The notes under the pieces: model-generated
Told to the model about the DNA's origin: nothing
What the model saw: only the letters and a program-made list of their open reading frames with translations
Databases searched by the model: none
Source of the DNA: an uncultured Campylobacter sp.
GTDB lineage: Bacteria; Campylobacterota; Campylobacteria; Campylobacterales; Campylobacteraceae
Assembly (NCBI RefSeq): GCF_937996225.1
Contig: NZ_CALKTC010000009.1
Location: 768 to 64,767 of the forward strand
DNA: 64,000 nucleotides
Direction of reading: 5' to 3'
Part shown: piece by piece, positions 29,786-40,615 of the stretch
How the letters are laid out: each line of letters begins with the position of its first letter
Numbering within the stretch: the stretch's first letter is position 1
Program-made: the position numbers and the translations under genes

Positions 29786-30586
29786 ATGATTTTGGATGAA
29801 ATTTTAAAACGCACCCGCGAGGATCTCGCGCTTCGTAAAGAAAGACTACCCGAGGATCTGCTCGGCCGCTCGCTAAGCGCTAATCCCTACGAACCGCGCG
29901 ACGTCATAAGCGCGCTTAGAAGCGATGAGAAGGATCCGCTTCGCATCATTGCCGAGATCAAAAAGGCAAGCCCGAGCAAGGGGATCATCCGCGAGGATTT
30001 TGAGCCGCTAAGCCTTGCCGTGGAGTACGAAAATGCAGGCGCTAGCGCCTTTTCGGTGCTTACCGAGCCGCATTATTTCAGAGGCGATTTGGAGTTTATC
30101 CCGCAGATCCGCCGCTACACTCGCACGCCCATTTTGCGCAAGGATTTCATCATAGATCGCTATCAGGTTCTCGAGGCACTGGTTTACGGCGCGGATTTTA
30201 TACTGCTAATCGCTAAGGCGCTTGAGGGCAAACAGCTAAGAGAACTGCTTGAGTTTGCCCGCAGGCTGGGGCTTCGGGCGCTGTGTGAGATCCACGATAA
30301 GGACGATCTGAAAAAAGCGATCTTTGCAGGTGCGGGTATTATCGGCATCAACCATCGAAATTTAGAGACTTTCGAGGTCGATACGAGCCTGAGCGAGCGG
30401 CTGATCCCGCTGATTCCAAACGGCAAGATCATCGTCGCCGAAAGCGGTCTGCACTCGCATGAGCAGCTTAAAAGCTTGCACGAGGCGGGCGTCGATGCGT
30501 TTTTGATCGGCGAGCATTTTATGCGCCAAAATGACGTCGGCGCGGCGTTGCGCGAGATAAAGTTCGGCGCGGGCGGCAAAATTTAA
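29786..30586 (+). CDS. trpC: Indole-3-glycerol phosphate synthase
   Basis: [35 protein letters not shown]. Confidence 0.96.
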   Translation: MILDEILKRTREDLALRKERLPEDLLGRSLSANPYEPRDVISALRSDEKDPLRIIAEIKKASPSKGIIREDFEPLSLAVEYENAGASAFSVLTEPHYFRGDLEFIPQIRRYTRTPILRKDFIIDRYQVLEALVYGADFILLIAKALEGKQLRELLEFARRLGLRALCEIHDKDDLKKAIFAGAGIIGINHRNLETFEVDTSLSERLIPLIPNGKIIVAESGLHSHEQLKSLHEAGVDAFLIGEHFMRQNDVGAALREIKFGAGGKI

Positions 30587-31456
30587 ATTCGGCTCGTTTG
30601 ATCGTGCAAGCTTAAACCCGAAGCGAGCGGTTAAATTTAGCGAACGGAGCGAAATTTTAAGGCAGTAAATTTTAAAATTCGTAGAATTCGACGGACTTTA
30701 AAATTTAACAGTTCTTTAAATTTAGCGGTTGCGACGCGATCTAATATCACACGCTGCGTAAGCGTTCACGCTACGCTTTAGCGTCGTGAGTTCATTATCG
30801 TGTGCGCTGCACGAGCGGCTGCGGAGTGAGGTTTAAATTTACGCCTTTCGTTTGTATGGCTTTCCGTCGCATCACGAGATGGTGCAAAAAGCGCGGGTTT
30901 AAATTTAGCCTTGCGTTTGCGAAGCTTCGCGCGCGGGGTTGCGCTTGTAGCATTGAGCGCCGAGAATTGCGCGTCTATCGTAATGCCTTGTATGTCTAGC
31001 GCGCTCTCTCAAGCCCAGTATCGGCGATTAAATGGCGCTGTAAATTTAATCACAGCTCGCGACCTAAGCCGCCCCGGCTGCGATACGCCGCGATTGAGCC
31101 ACGGCTATAATACAGCTGCGCTATGACTGCGCCGCGTTAAATTTTACCGCGTGTCGCGACGGTGATTGCGGCGCAGGTTTGGCATCGCGTACCGTGCCTG
31201 TGAGTGCGTCAAAGTTTTGTTATAATGCGCACGCAAACTGCCCGCGGATTTAATCGCCCGCCGTGCGCTTTGATTTGCAAAGCGTATGTCGCACCGAAGC
31301 GCCTTGCGTAGCACGAGATTCGTAAAGAGCGCGCATAACTTTGCGCCGTGCAAGCAAGCGCAAGCCGCGTAAATAAAATTTTATGAAATTTAGAAGTTTT
31401 AAATTCCAAATTTCATAGAATTTTGCGAAACGCAAATTTTAAAATTCCATAGAATT

Positions 31457-31969
31457 TTGGAATTTCGGAAAGGAAAAGAGATGGATTATCTTTGTGCCCC
31501 TTGGCGAAGCGAGTATTTTACCGAAAAAAGAAGCGGCTGTCCCTTCTGCGACGCGGCGGCGGATGCGGCGTTTGACGATCGCAACGGCGTGCTTTTTCGC
31601 GCGCAGCACTGCTTTGGGGTGATGAACCTCTACCCCTACAGCCCGGGCGCCTTTATGGTCATACCTTACGAGCATGTCGATAATATCGAGTGTCTTAGCG
31701 ATGATGCGTGGGCGGAGATGAGCCGCTACGTACGCGCCGGAGTGGGGATTTTAAAGCGTACTCTAGGCGCAAACGGCGTAAATATCGGTATGAATCTCGG
31801 CGCCGCCGCGGGTGCGGGCATAGCCGAGCACGTGCACTATCATCTCGTGCCGCGGTGGCAGCGCGATACAAATTTCATCACGACGATCGCAAACGTCCGC
31901 GTAAACGGCGTTTCATTCGCCCCGCTTTTTGAGAAGCTCAAGGCGGCTTACGCGGAGATTAAAATTTAA
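31457..31969 (+). CDS. HIT family hydrolase (probable start ATG 31481)
   Basis: APWR, CPFC, NLYPY, AGAGIAEHVHYHLVPRW. Confidence 0.92.
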   Translation: MEFRKGKEMDYLCAPWRSEYFTEKRSGCPFCDAAADAAFDDRNGVLFRAQHCFGVMNLYPYSPGAFMVIPYEHVDNIECLSDDAWAEMSRYVRAGVGILKRTLGANGVNIGMNLGAAAGAGIAEHVHYHLVPRWQRDTNFITTIANVRVNGVSFAPLFEKLKAAYAEIKI

Positions 31970-31984
31970 ATTCGGGAGATCGAG

Positions 31985-32719
31985 ATGGTATCGGCATGGG
32001 TTAAAAAGAACGATAAATGGGGCTTTATCGATAAAACGGGCAAAGAAGTTATTCCCTGCATATATGATCGGGCCGAGGAGTTTTGCGAGGGCTTAGCGTG
32101 GGTTAATAAGAACGATAAATTCGGCTTTATCGATAAAACGGGTAAAGAGGTGATTTCTTGTATATATGATGATGCTTATAATTTTGACGAAGAACTGGCG
32201 GAAGTTCAAAAAAGCGGCTATTGGGGTTTTATCGATAAAACCGGCAAAGAGATCGTTCCTTGTATATATGATGACGTTGGCGTTTTTCGCGAAGGCTTGG
32301 CAGACGTTAAAAAGAACGGTTATTGGGGATATATCGATGAAACGGGAAAAGAAGTTATTCCTTGCATATATGATCGGACCGGGAGTTTTTGCGAAGGCTT
32401 AGCAAAGATTGAAAAGGACGGCAAATGGGGCTTTATCGATAAAACGGGCACAGAGGTAGTGTCTTGTATATACGAGCTTGTTTGGGATTTTGACAATACT
32501 TTGTGCGGATATTATGACGAAATCAAATATTGCGAAGGATACGTTAAAGTCAAAAAAGACGGCAAATGGGGGCTGCTAGATGATGAGGATAATGAAATTG
32601 TAAAGCCGATGTTTTACGACGAGATAGAACTCGTGAAAGTTTTAAGCGACGACTATATCAAGATTATTTTAGACGGTCGCGAAATAATCGTTGATAAAAA
32701 CGGCAAGATAATATCGTAA
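31985..32719 (+). CDS. WG (KWG) repeat-containing protein
   Basis: About five 34-aa repeats WGFIDKTGKEVIPCIYD...F.EGLA.V plus a degenerate sixth. Confidence 0.88.
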   Translation: MVSAWVKKNDKWGFIDKTGKEVIPCIYDRAEEFCEGLAWVNKNDKFGFIDKTGKEVISCIYDDAYNFDEELAEVQKSGYWGFIDKTGKEIVPCIYDDVGVFREGLADVKKNGYWGYIDETGKEVIPCIYDRTGSFCEGLAKIEKDGKWGFIDKTGTEVVSCIYELVWDFDNTLCGYYDEIKYCEGYVKVKKDGKWGLLDDEDNEIVKPMFYDEIELVKVLSDDYIKIILDGREIIVDKNGKIIS

Positions 32720-32735
32720 ATTTAAAGGAGAGATA

Positions 32736-33737
32736 ATGATTAGCGTAGAGCAGGCGATCGAGGATCTGAAAAACGGCAAAATGCTCGTTATGGTCGATGA
32801 CGTCGATCGCGAGAACGAGGGCGATTTGGTGTTTGCGAGCACCTTTAGCAGCGCACAGAAGGTAAACTTTGCGATCACGCACGCTCGCGGAGTGCTGTGC
32901 GTGGCGCTTAGCCCGCAGATTGCGCAGCAGCTTGATCTAAATTTGATGGTCGATAAAAACACTTCGAGCCACGAGACCGCATTTACCGTCACGATCGACG
33001 CGAAGGGCGCCAAGACGGGCGTAAGCGCGTATGAGCGCAATATGACGATCGAGCTGATGTCGCGCGTGGGCGCTCGCGCGGATGATTTCGTCCGCCCTGG
33101 GCATATATTCCCGCTCATCGCCAAAAGCGGCGGCGTGCTCGCTCGCACGGGGCACACCGAAGGCTCTACGGATCTGTGCCGCTTGGCTGGGCTTTCGCAA
33201 AGCGCCGTGATCTGCGAGATCGTCAAAGACGACGGCGATATGGCGCGCAGGGACGATCTGGAGAAATTCTGTGCGCAGCACGGCATTAATATGATCTCGG
33301 TCGCGCAGATCGTGCAGTACCGCCTAAAACACGAAACCCTCGTTAAATTTAGCGAGCCAAAAAGCGCTCTGCTGTGCGGCGAGGCGACGAAATTTTACGA
33401 CGTGAGCGATCACGAGGGCAACGAGCACCGCGCATATATTTTCGGCGAGCCCGAGAAGAGCGCGCAGACGAACGTGAAATTTCATAAAATTTCAAGCGAT
33501 CTGGAGTTTTTAAGCGATACGAAATTTAACGATTTTATGCGCGATCTGGACGTTTTGCGCAAAGAGGGCGGCGTGCTTTTGATGCTAAAATCCGCGCAAA
33601 ATCGCGCCGATTTTAAGAGCTTTGGCATCGGAGCGCAAATTTTAGCGCATCTGGGCGTGAGAAAAATCAAAATTTTAAGCAAGAGTGAGCCGAAAGACTA
33701 CGCGGGGCTTAGCGGTTTTGGGATCGACATAGTTTGA
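32736..33737 (+). CDS. ribB: 3,4-dihydroxy-2-butanone-4-phosphate synthase with degenerate GTP cyclohydrolase II C-terminus
   Basis: DDVDRENEGD, AFTVTID, RPGHIFPL, GHTEG, ICEI; GIGAQIL tail. Confidence 0.93.
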   Translation: MISVEQAIEDLKNGKMLVMVDDVDRENEGDLVFASTFSSAQKVNFAITHARGVLCVALSPQIAQQLDLNLMVDKNTSSHETAFTVTIDAKGAKTGVSAYERNMTIELMSRVGARADDFVRPGHIFPLIAKSGGVLARTGHTEGSTDLCRLAGLSQSAVICEIVKDDGDMARRDDLEKFCAQHGINMISVAQIVQYRLKHETLVKFSEPKSALLCGEATKFYDVSDHEGNEHRAYIFGEPEKSAQTNVKFHKISSDLEFLSDTKFNDFMRDLDVLRKEGGVLLMLKSAQNRADFKSFGIGAQILAHLGVRKIKILSKSEPKDYAGLSGFGIDIV

Positions 33738-34891
33738 TAGCTCACATCGATTTGGACAGCTTCTTCGTCTCTGTAGCGAGGCTCGCCGATCCCGCGCTTG
33801 CGGGCAAAAAGATCGCAGTCGTCGGAGGCGGCGACGAGGAGATTTTCGGCGGCAAGAGCGAGCTTGGCAGCGTGATTTTAAGCGCGAGCTATGAGGCCAG
33901 AGCGGACGGCGTGCACTCGGCTCAGCCCGTAAAACAGGCGCTTGCTTTGTGCCCAAAGCTCATTTTGGTGCGCGCCAGACATGGCGAATACCGAAAAATT
34001 TCACGCGAAATTTATGAGTTTTTACTAAACTTTACGCCCGAGATCGAAAAATTTAGCATCGACGAGTTTTTTCTAAATTTACGCGGCACGGCTTACGACG
34101 TGGACGCACTGGGCTTTGCCGCGTTTTTGCAAAGCGAAATTATGCGCCGCTTTAGCCTTCCGTGCAGCGTCGGGCTTAGCGAAGCAAAACTCATCGCAAA
34201 GCTCGCTACGAGCCTTGCTAAGCCCTTCGGCGTGCGGCAAATTTTAAAATCGCAAATCGCGCGCGAGCTATCCGCCGTGCCGATAGCAAAATTCCCGGGC
34301 ATCGGCAAAGCGGCGCAAAAAACGCTCGGCAAATACGGCATTGTAAGCTTCGGCGACGCGCTAGGGCATAGAGAAATTTTTGAAAAGATGGGCGCAAACG
34401 GCAGGAAAATTTTCGCAGCCCTTAGCGGCGAGGATGAGGGCGAGGTCGTCTCGAAGCGCGAGCGCAAGAGTATCGGCTTTGGGCGCAGCTTCGCGCCGTG
34501 CGCCGATCGGGACGAGCTGCGGCGTAAAATTTTAATTTTGGCGCGCCATTTGGCGGGCGAAGTGCTCGCAAGGGGCCTAAAGCCCGCGACGTATGATCTA
34601 AAGATCCGCTACAAATCGCGCGAGGAGTTTTCGCATCAGATCAGTCAGGATAGGGCGTTTAGTCTAAGCTTGCTGAGCGAGACCGCACTTGAGCTGTTTG
34701 AGCTCTGCGACGTGAAAAAAGGCGCGCAGATAATCCACGTAGCGCTAAATCTTTCAAATTTCGGCGGCAGATCGGGCGGCTCGCTGCTCTTTGGCGAGAT
34801 CGATAAAAAGCAGCAGAGCCTGGATCGATCTTTAAGCAGGATTTGGGAAAAATTCGGCATCGAAAAGCTAAAAAAAGCGAGCGAAATTTGA
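33734..34891 (+). CDS. dinB: Y-family DNA polymerase IV
   Basis: HIDLDSFFVSV, SASYEAR, SIDE, KLIAKLA...KP, PGIG, RKSIG. Confidence 0.93.
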   Translation: MIAHIDLDSFFVSVARLADPALAGKKIAVVGGGDEEIFGGKSELGSVILSASYEARADGVHSAQPVKQALALCPKLILVRARHGEYRKISREIYEFLLNFTPEIEKFSIDEFFLNLRGTAYDVDALGFAAFLQSEIMRRFSLPCSVGLSEAKLIAKLATSLAKPFGVRQILKSQIARELSAVPIAKFPGIGKAAQKTLGKYGIVSFGDALGHREIFEKMGANGRKIFAALSGEDEGEVVSKRERKSIGFGRSFAPCADRDELRRKILILARHLAGEVLARGLKPATYDLKIRYKSREEFSHQISQDRAFSLSLLSETALELFELCDVKKGAQIIHVALNLSNFGGRSGGSLLFGEIDKKQQSLDRSLSRIWEKFGIEKLKKASEI

Positions 34892-34910
34892 TTAAATTTA
34901 AAGGAAAAAG

Positions 34911-35450
34911 ATGAAATTAGGCGAGCTATACTCGGTGATCTGCATAATCTTTGCGACGAATTTCAGGGGCGTGATAGACGAGCAGAAATTGCGCGGCTTG
35001 GGCAAAAACTGGATCATCGTAAATAAAAATATCGAGAACAAAAACGGCCATGAGTTTTGGCAAAAGGTGCAGGGCGAGGACTACGCGGCGCTAGAGCGTG
35101 ATTTTGAGGCGCTAAAAGTGGCGTTTGAGATGGATTTTTTCAAGCTCATTAGCGAAAGCGAAGTGGAGCTGTTTTATGAAAAATGCCGCTTCAAAAAGCC
35201 TTTCGCGGAGCTTAAAAGCGCTCACGCGGCCAATATGCTAGCACTGCTTGCCATGATCTTTAAGCAAAACACGGACGCGAAATCGCATAAAATTTTGACG
35301 CTATATCTGGCGCAATTTATCATTCCGAGCTTTTCCGCGCTTGCTACGCACGTGCAGATAAACGCCAAAAGTAGCTACTACAAGGCGCTCGGGTGGTTTT
35401 TGGCGGATTTTTGCCGCGTGATGAAAGAGACGCTAGGGCTTGGAATTTAA
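34911..35450 (+). CDS. Hypothetical protein, weakly TorD/DmsD chaperone-like
   Basis: RBS aagga; C-terminus YLAQFIIPSF...AKSSYYKALGWFLADF resembles the TorD-family helical end. Confidence 0.6.
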   Translation: MKLGELYSVICIIFATNFRGVIDEQKLRGLGKNWIIVNKNIENKNGHEFWQKVQGEDYAALERDFEALKVAFEMDFFKLISESEVELFYEKCRFKKPFAELKSAHAANMLALLAMIFKQNTDAKSHKILTLYLAQFIIPSFSALATHVQINAKSSYYKALGWFLADFCRVMKETLGLGI

Positions 35451-36103
35451 AATTTAGAACGCGCGCTCGGCGTTTTTGCGCGTTCGGCACAGAAAAGCGC
35501 TATGTAGAGATAGGTTTAAAGCTTGCTTTCGGAATTTCTTGCGCTGTAGCCGGTACAGCTCCTGCAGGCGCGACAAGCTAAGCGAGGCGAGCGGATTTTA
35601 TCTGCGCGGATGTAAAGTGGCTGCCTTGCTGTTTTATCCGTCGGCTTTTGTCGTATCGCGCGTCATTTTTGAATTCTGCGCGGCATTCAGTATTTTGCGC
35701 ATGTGCCGTTCGACGTTTGTTTTGCGCGCACTGCGAGTTTTGCTCGGCGTCCGGTGCTCTCGTTTTGCACCGCCTGCATTAAGGTACTGCGTGCTTTGTC
35801 CGCGTTGCGCCACTTTGCGTGTCGCTTTGTATGTCGTCTGGTACCGCCGCTCGGTGCTTTACGTGTGGCGCCTTACGCCCCATATAGCGCCGCTGTGTGA
35901 AATTTCATGCGAGGTGGTCCCGTGCATCGTTTGATTTTATCGCTGCCAGATACCGGCGTCTTTAGCGCTTTGCGTGTGCGACCGAGCTTGGAAGCCTGGC
36001 TTCTGCGCTCACGTATGCGCCGCCCTGCGTCTTTTGCCGAGCATGCGTTACGTAGCGTCCTGTGCACGTAGCCAAATTTTAAAATTTAAAACAAAGGAAA
36101 AAT

Positions 36104-36922
36104 TTGAATTACTGGAACGAAATTTACGCCCACTTTGATCCCGTGGCATTTAGCGCGTTTGGCATAAACGTGCACTGGTACGGCATTATGTATGTTTTGG
36201 CGCTACTTACGGCGCTATTTATCGCCAAGTATTTCGTACGCAAAGACGGCCTTGATTTTAGCGATAAGATGCTCGATCGCTACTTTATCTGGGTCGAAGT
36301 GGGCGTCATTTTGGGCGCGCGGCTTGGATACATCGCGATCTATTCGGGCGAGGCGGCGTGGTATTTCAGCCATCCGTGGCAAATTTTCAACCCATTTCAT
36401 AACGGCGAGTTCGTGGGCATTCGCGGTATGAGCTATCACGGCGCGGTCGTCGGATTCGTGATCGCGACGGTTTGGTTTTGCAAAAAATTTAAAACCGATA
36501 TGTGGGCGCTGCTCGATCTCGTGGCGCTTAGCGTGCCGCTTGGGTATTTTTTCGGGCGCGTGGGAAATTTTTTAAATCAGGAGCTTTTCGGGCGCGAGAC
36601 GAGCGAGCCGTGGGGGATTTTGGTAGGCGGCACGTTGCGTCACCCAAGCCAGCTTTACGAAGCGGTTTTGGAAGGACTGGTAATTTTCGTGATTTTATTT
36701 TTCTACCGTAAATTTAAGAAATTTAACGGCGAGCTGATATGTCTGTATGCGATGCTATACACGGCGTTTAGATTTTTCGTAGAATTTTTTAGAGAGCCCG
36801 ACGATGGACTCGGTTTTATATTTTTAAATTTATCGATGGGGCAAATTTTATCTTTAGTGATGTTTTTGATAGCAGTTTTCTTAAAGCAGTCTTTGAAGAA
36901 AAAACTAATTTGCAGAAATTAA
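36104..36922 (+). CDS. lgt: Prolipoprotein diacylglyceryl transferase
   Basis: [46 protein letters not shown]. Confidence 0.97.
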   Translation: MNYWNEIYAHFDPVAFSAFGINVHWYGIMYVLALLTALFIAKYFVRKDGLDFSDKMLDRYFIWVEVGVILGARLGYIAIYSGEAAWYFSHPWQIFNPFHNGEFVGIRGMSYHGAVVGFVIATVWFCKKFKTDMWALLDLVALSVPLGYFFGRVGNFLNQELFGRETSEPWGILVGGTLRHPSQLYEAVLEGLVIFVILFFYRKFKKFNGELICLYAMLYTAFRFFVEFFREPDDGLGFIFLNLSMGQILSLVMFLIAVFLKQSLKKKLICRN

Positions 36923-37016
36923 ATTAATCTAAAGTTAAAAAGTAATATAATTTCTTTACAAAAATGTAAATTTTCGTTTAGCGGGGATTTATAATCATCT
37001 TTTTTAAGGAGAACCT

Positions 37017-37700
37017 ATGCTAGGTCGCATTGAAGGCTTTACGGGCAGATCCATAGACGGCAAAAAGAGCCGCATTATGGCTTTGCAAGACGTGGCGCAA
37101 AGCATCAGCGGGCTGATTTTGGCCTGTTTCATGCTGTGTCATATGATATTTACCGGCACGATTTTGATCGGTAAGGGCGCGTTTGAGGGCGTCGTACATT
37201 TCGCCGAACCGGGCGGAATTTATTTCGTTACAAACATCGTCGCTTTTGTAATTTTCGTGATTTTCGTGATTCACGCGTTTTTGGCGATGAGAAAATTTCC
37301 GGCTAACTACGCCGCTTATAGGGCGTTTAAAGCGCATAAAATGCGAATGAAGCATTGCGACACGACGCTTTGGTGGTTTCAGTTTTGGACGGGATTTTTC
37401 CTATTTTTCTTTGCGGCGGCTCATATTTTAATGATCGTATTCGGTCCGAAAATTACTGCAGATCTTGCTATTGCTAGATTCGGACAGCTTCATCTATTTT
37501 ATTTTGTTTTATTGATTTTCGTAGTAACTCACGCTAGTATTGGAATTTATAGGCTTTATATGAAATGGATCAGCATAGACGGCACGAAGGCTGAAATTCA
37601 AAGAAAAAGAGCCTTCATTAAAAAGGCGGTTTTTATCGTTTGGGGCGCATTTTTCCTGCTTTCGATAATCGCCGATTTCAAATGGTTAAGTTTAGAATAG
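37017..37700 (+). CDS. frdC: Fumarate reductase cytochrome b subunit
   Basis: QSISGL...[31 protein letters not shown] heme His ligands. Confidence 0.94.
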   Translation: MLGRIEGFTGRSIDGKKSRIMALQDVAQSISGLILACFMLCHMIFTGTILIGKGAFEGVVHFAEPGGIYFVTNIVAFVIFVIFVIHAFLAMRKFPANYAAYRAFKAHKMRMKHCDTTLWWFQFWTGFFLFFFAAAHILMIVFGPKITADLAIARFGQLHLFYFVLLIFVVTHASIGIYRLYMKWISIDGTKAEIQRKRAFIKKAVFIVWGAFFLLSIIADFKWLSLE

Positions 37701-37710
37701 GGAGTTTAGA

Positions 37711-39729
37711 ATGAATGTAATATATTGCGATTCTTTAGTTATTGGCGGCGGTTTGGCGGGCTTAAGAGCTGCGATCGCTACCGGAGAGAAGGGGCTTAGC
37801 ACCATCGTTTTGAGCCTGATCCCTGTTAAGCGCTCACACTCTGCGGCAGCTCAAGGCGGCATGCAGGCATCGCTTGGAAATTCCAAGATGAGCGAGGGCG
37901 ACAACGAGGACGTGCACTTTGCCGATACCGTAAAAGGTAGCGACTGGGGCTGTGATCAGGATGTCGCTAGGATGTTTGCGCAAACGGCGCCTAAAGCGAT
38001 CCGCGAACTTGCGGGCTGGGGTGTTCCTTGGACCAGGATTACTAGAGGCGAGCGAAGCGCTATTATCAACGCTCAAAAGACCACGATCAGCGAAAAAGAT
38101 GAGGTTCACGGACTTATTCACAGCCGCGACTTCGGCGGTACGAAAAAATGGCGAACCTGCTATACCGCCGATGCTACGGGACATACGATGCTTTTTGCCG
38201 TTGCAAACGAAGCGCTAAAGCATAACGTCGATATTCATGATAGAAAAGAAGCGATTGCGCTAATTCATGCAAATAACCGCTGCTATGGCGCAATCGTGCG
38301 GGATTTGGTTACCGGCGAGCTAATCGCATACGTCTCAAAGGGCACGTTGATCGCTACAGGCGGCTACGGCAGAGTGTATAAACACACTACAAACGCCGTC
38401 GTTTGCGAGGGTATCGGCGCAGCTATCGCGCTTGAGACCGGCGTCGCGCAGCTTGGAAATATGGAAGCGGTGCAGTTTCACCCGACCCCTATCGTTCCGA
38501 GCGGAATTTTGCTTACCGAGGGTTGCCGCGGCGACGGCGGAATTTTACGAGATGTGGACGGCTACCGCTTTATGCCGGATTATGAGCCCGAGAAAAAGGA
38601 ACTTGCTAGCCGCGACGTCGTAAGTCGCCGCATAATGGAGCATATCCGCGCAGGCAAGGGGGTAAAGAGCCCTTACGGCGAGCATGTTTGGCTTGACATA
38701 TCGATCCTTGGACGCGAGCATATCGAGAAAAATTTACGCGACGTACAAGAAATTTGCGAAATTTTCAACGGCATCGATCCTGCCGACACCGAGGTAATAA
38801 CCGACGAGCAGGGCAGAAAGCGCGGTAAAGGTTGGGCTCCGATCCTTCCTATGCAGCATTACTCGATGGGCGGCATCAAAACAAAAGCTACGGGCGAGAG
38901 TCCAACGCTAGCTGGACTTTTCAGCGCCGGCGAGGCTGCGTGCTGGGATATGCACGGCTTTAACCGCTTGGGCGGAAATTCCGTCGCCGAAACCGTCGTC
39001 GCGGGAATGATCGTGGGCGAGTATTTTGCGGAGTATTGCCAAGGACACGACGTCGATATCAATACGCACGATATCGAAAAATTCGTAGATAAAGAGAAAA
39101 ATTATATTAAGAGCCTGCTTGAAAAAGAGGGTAAATTTAACGTATTCGAGATCAAAAACAAGATGAAAGACGTTATGTGGGAGCACTGCGCGATCTTCCG
39201 CACCGGCGAGGGATTAGCCAAAGCCGTAAAAGAGCTTGAGGAGCTTTACAAGCAGTCCTTAGATGTCAAAGTAAGCAATAAAGAGCTTTTCGGAAATCCG
39301 GAGCTTGAGGAGGCTTACCGCGTACCGAAGATGCTAAAGCTCGCGCTTTGTATCGCCAAGGGTGCGCTTGATCGCACCGAAAGCCGCGGCGCGCACTTCC
39401 GCGAGGATTATCCGAAACGCGACGATCTAAACTGGCTAAAACGAACGCTTGCGAGCTGGAAGGAGGGCGATACTATGCCTACTCTAAGCTACGAGCCGCT
39501 TGATATTATGAAGATGGAGATGCCGCCTGCATTCCGCGGATACGGCGCCAAAGGCAATATCATCGAGCATCCGGACAGCGCCGTGCGCCAAAAAGAGGTC
39601 GATGAAATTCGCGAGAAAATGCAAGCCGAGGGCAAAGGCAGATATGAAATTCAAGAGGCATTGATGCATTATGAATTGCAGCCAAAATATAAAGCACCTA
39701 ACGAAAGAGCAGGTATAGGATATGAGTAG
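37711..39729 (+). CDS. frdA: Fumarate reductase flavoprotein subunit
   Basis: [49 protein letters not shown]. Confidence 0.98.
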   Translation: MNVIYCDSLVIGGGLAGLRAAIATGEKGLSTIVLSLIPVKRSHSAAAQGGMQASLGNSKMSEGDNEDVHFADTVKGSDWGCDQDVARMFAQTAPKAIRELAGWGVPWTRITRGERSAIINAQKTTISEKDEVHGLIHSRDFGGTKKWRTCYTADATGHTMLFAVANEALKHNVDIHDRKEAIALIHANNRCYGAIVRDLVTGELIAYVSKGTLIATGGYGRVYKHTTNAVVCEGIGAAIALETGVAQLGNMEAVQFHPTPIVPSGILLTEGCRGDGGILRDVDGYRFMPDYEPEKKELASRDVVSRRIMEHIRAGKGVKSPYGEHVWLDISILGREHIEKNLRDVQEICEIFNGIDPADTEVITDEQGRKRGKGWAPILPMQHYSMGGIKTKATGESPTLAGLFSAGEAACWDMHGFNRLGGNSVAETVVAGMIVGEYFAEYCQGHDVDINTHDIEKFVDKEKNYIKSLLEKEGKFNVFEIKNKMKDVMWEHCAIFRTGEGLAKAVKELEELYKQSLDVKVSNKELFGNPELEEAYRVPKMLKLALCIAKGALDRTESRGAHFREDYPKRDDLNWLKRTLASWKEGDTMPTLSYEPLDIMKMEMPPAFRGYGAKGNIIEHPDSAVRQKEVDEIREKMQAEGKGRYEIQEALMHYELQPKYKAPNERAGIGYE

Positions 39730-40459
39730 AAAAATAACAATAAAGGCATTTAAGTATAATCCGCTAAGCAAAATTTCAAAGCCGCACTTCGCTACTTACG
39801 AGCTCGAAGAGACCGACGGAATGACGCTGTTTATCGCGCTTAACGTGATTCGTGAGAAATTTGATCCCGAGCTAAGCTTCGACTTCGTTTGTCGCGCGGG
39901 TATCTGTGGTAGCTGCGGTATGCTCGTAAACGGCAAGCCACAGCTTGCGTGCCGCACGCTTACTAAGGACTATCCGGACGGCGTGATCGAGCTTATGCCG
40001 CTTCCGGTTTTCAAGCTGCTAAAAGACCTTAGCGTCGATACCGGCAACTGGATGAACGCGATGAGCAAGCGCGTAGAGAGCTGGATCCACACCGACCACG
40101 AGACCGATATCTCCAAGCTTGAGGAGAAGGTCGAGCCTGAGGTCGCGCAGGAGGTTTTCGAGCTGGATCGTTGCATCGAGTGTGGCATCTGCGTGGCGAG
40201 CTGCGGTACCGCGATAATGCGAAAGGATTTCATCGGCGCCGTCGGTATCAACCGCGTGGCACGCTTTCAGATCGATGCGCTGGATAAACGCAGCGACGAG
40301 GATTTTTACGAGCTAATCGGCGATGATGACGGAGTATTCGGCTGTATGACGCTGCTAGGCTGCGAAGACCACTGCCCTAAGCACCTTCCGCTTCAAAGCA
40401 AAATCGCATATGTTCGCCGCAAGCTTGCCGCTCAGGGCAAATGCGGCTGCGGTAAATAA
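39722..40459 (+). CDS. frdB: Fumarate reductase iron-sulfur subunit
   Basis: [32 protein letters not shown]. Confidence 0.97.
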   Translation: MSRKITIKAFKYNPLSKISKPHFATYELEETDGMTLFIALNVIREKFDPELSFDFVCRAGICGSCGMLVNGKPQLACRTLTKDYPDGVIELMPLPVFKLLKDLSVDTGNWMNAMSKRVESWIHTDHETDISKLEEKVEPEVAQEVFELDRCIECGICVASCGTAIMRKDFIGAVGINRVARFQIDALDKRSDEDFYELIGDDDGVFGCMTLLGCEDHCPKHLPLQSKIAYVRRKLAAQGKCGCGK

Positions 40460-40489
40460 AATTTAAGCGGGTTCTTCCCGCTTAAATTT
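40459..40489 (+). terminator. frdCAB terminator hairpin
   Basis: aaatttaagcggg-ttctt-cccgcttaaattt. Confidence 0.8.
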
Positions 40490-40615
40490 ATCTTCCAATT
40501 TTATAAATTTTACCTCGATAGACAAATTCCAAAATGCTTGAGTCAGACAAGCGAAGTAGCTTTAAATTTAATACTATCCCAAGCGATAAAGAAGTAAAAT
40601 ACGAAATCGCTTAAG

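Noticed and set aside
30802..31435. Short ORFs in spacers (also 35476-36067, 44512-44709, 47478-47844, 52843-53136, 54449-55104, 62803-63215)
   Set aside because: No RBS or recognisable motifs; KF/NF/RA-rich translations merely reflect the AAATTT and GCGC words.
33330..33737. Degenerate GTP cyclohydrolase II half of RibB as a novel fusion
   Set aside because: RibB with an inactive RibA-like tail is a known arrangement.
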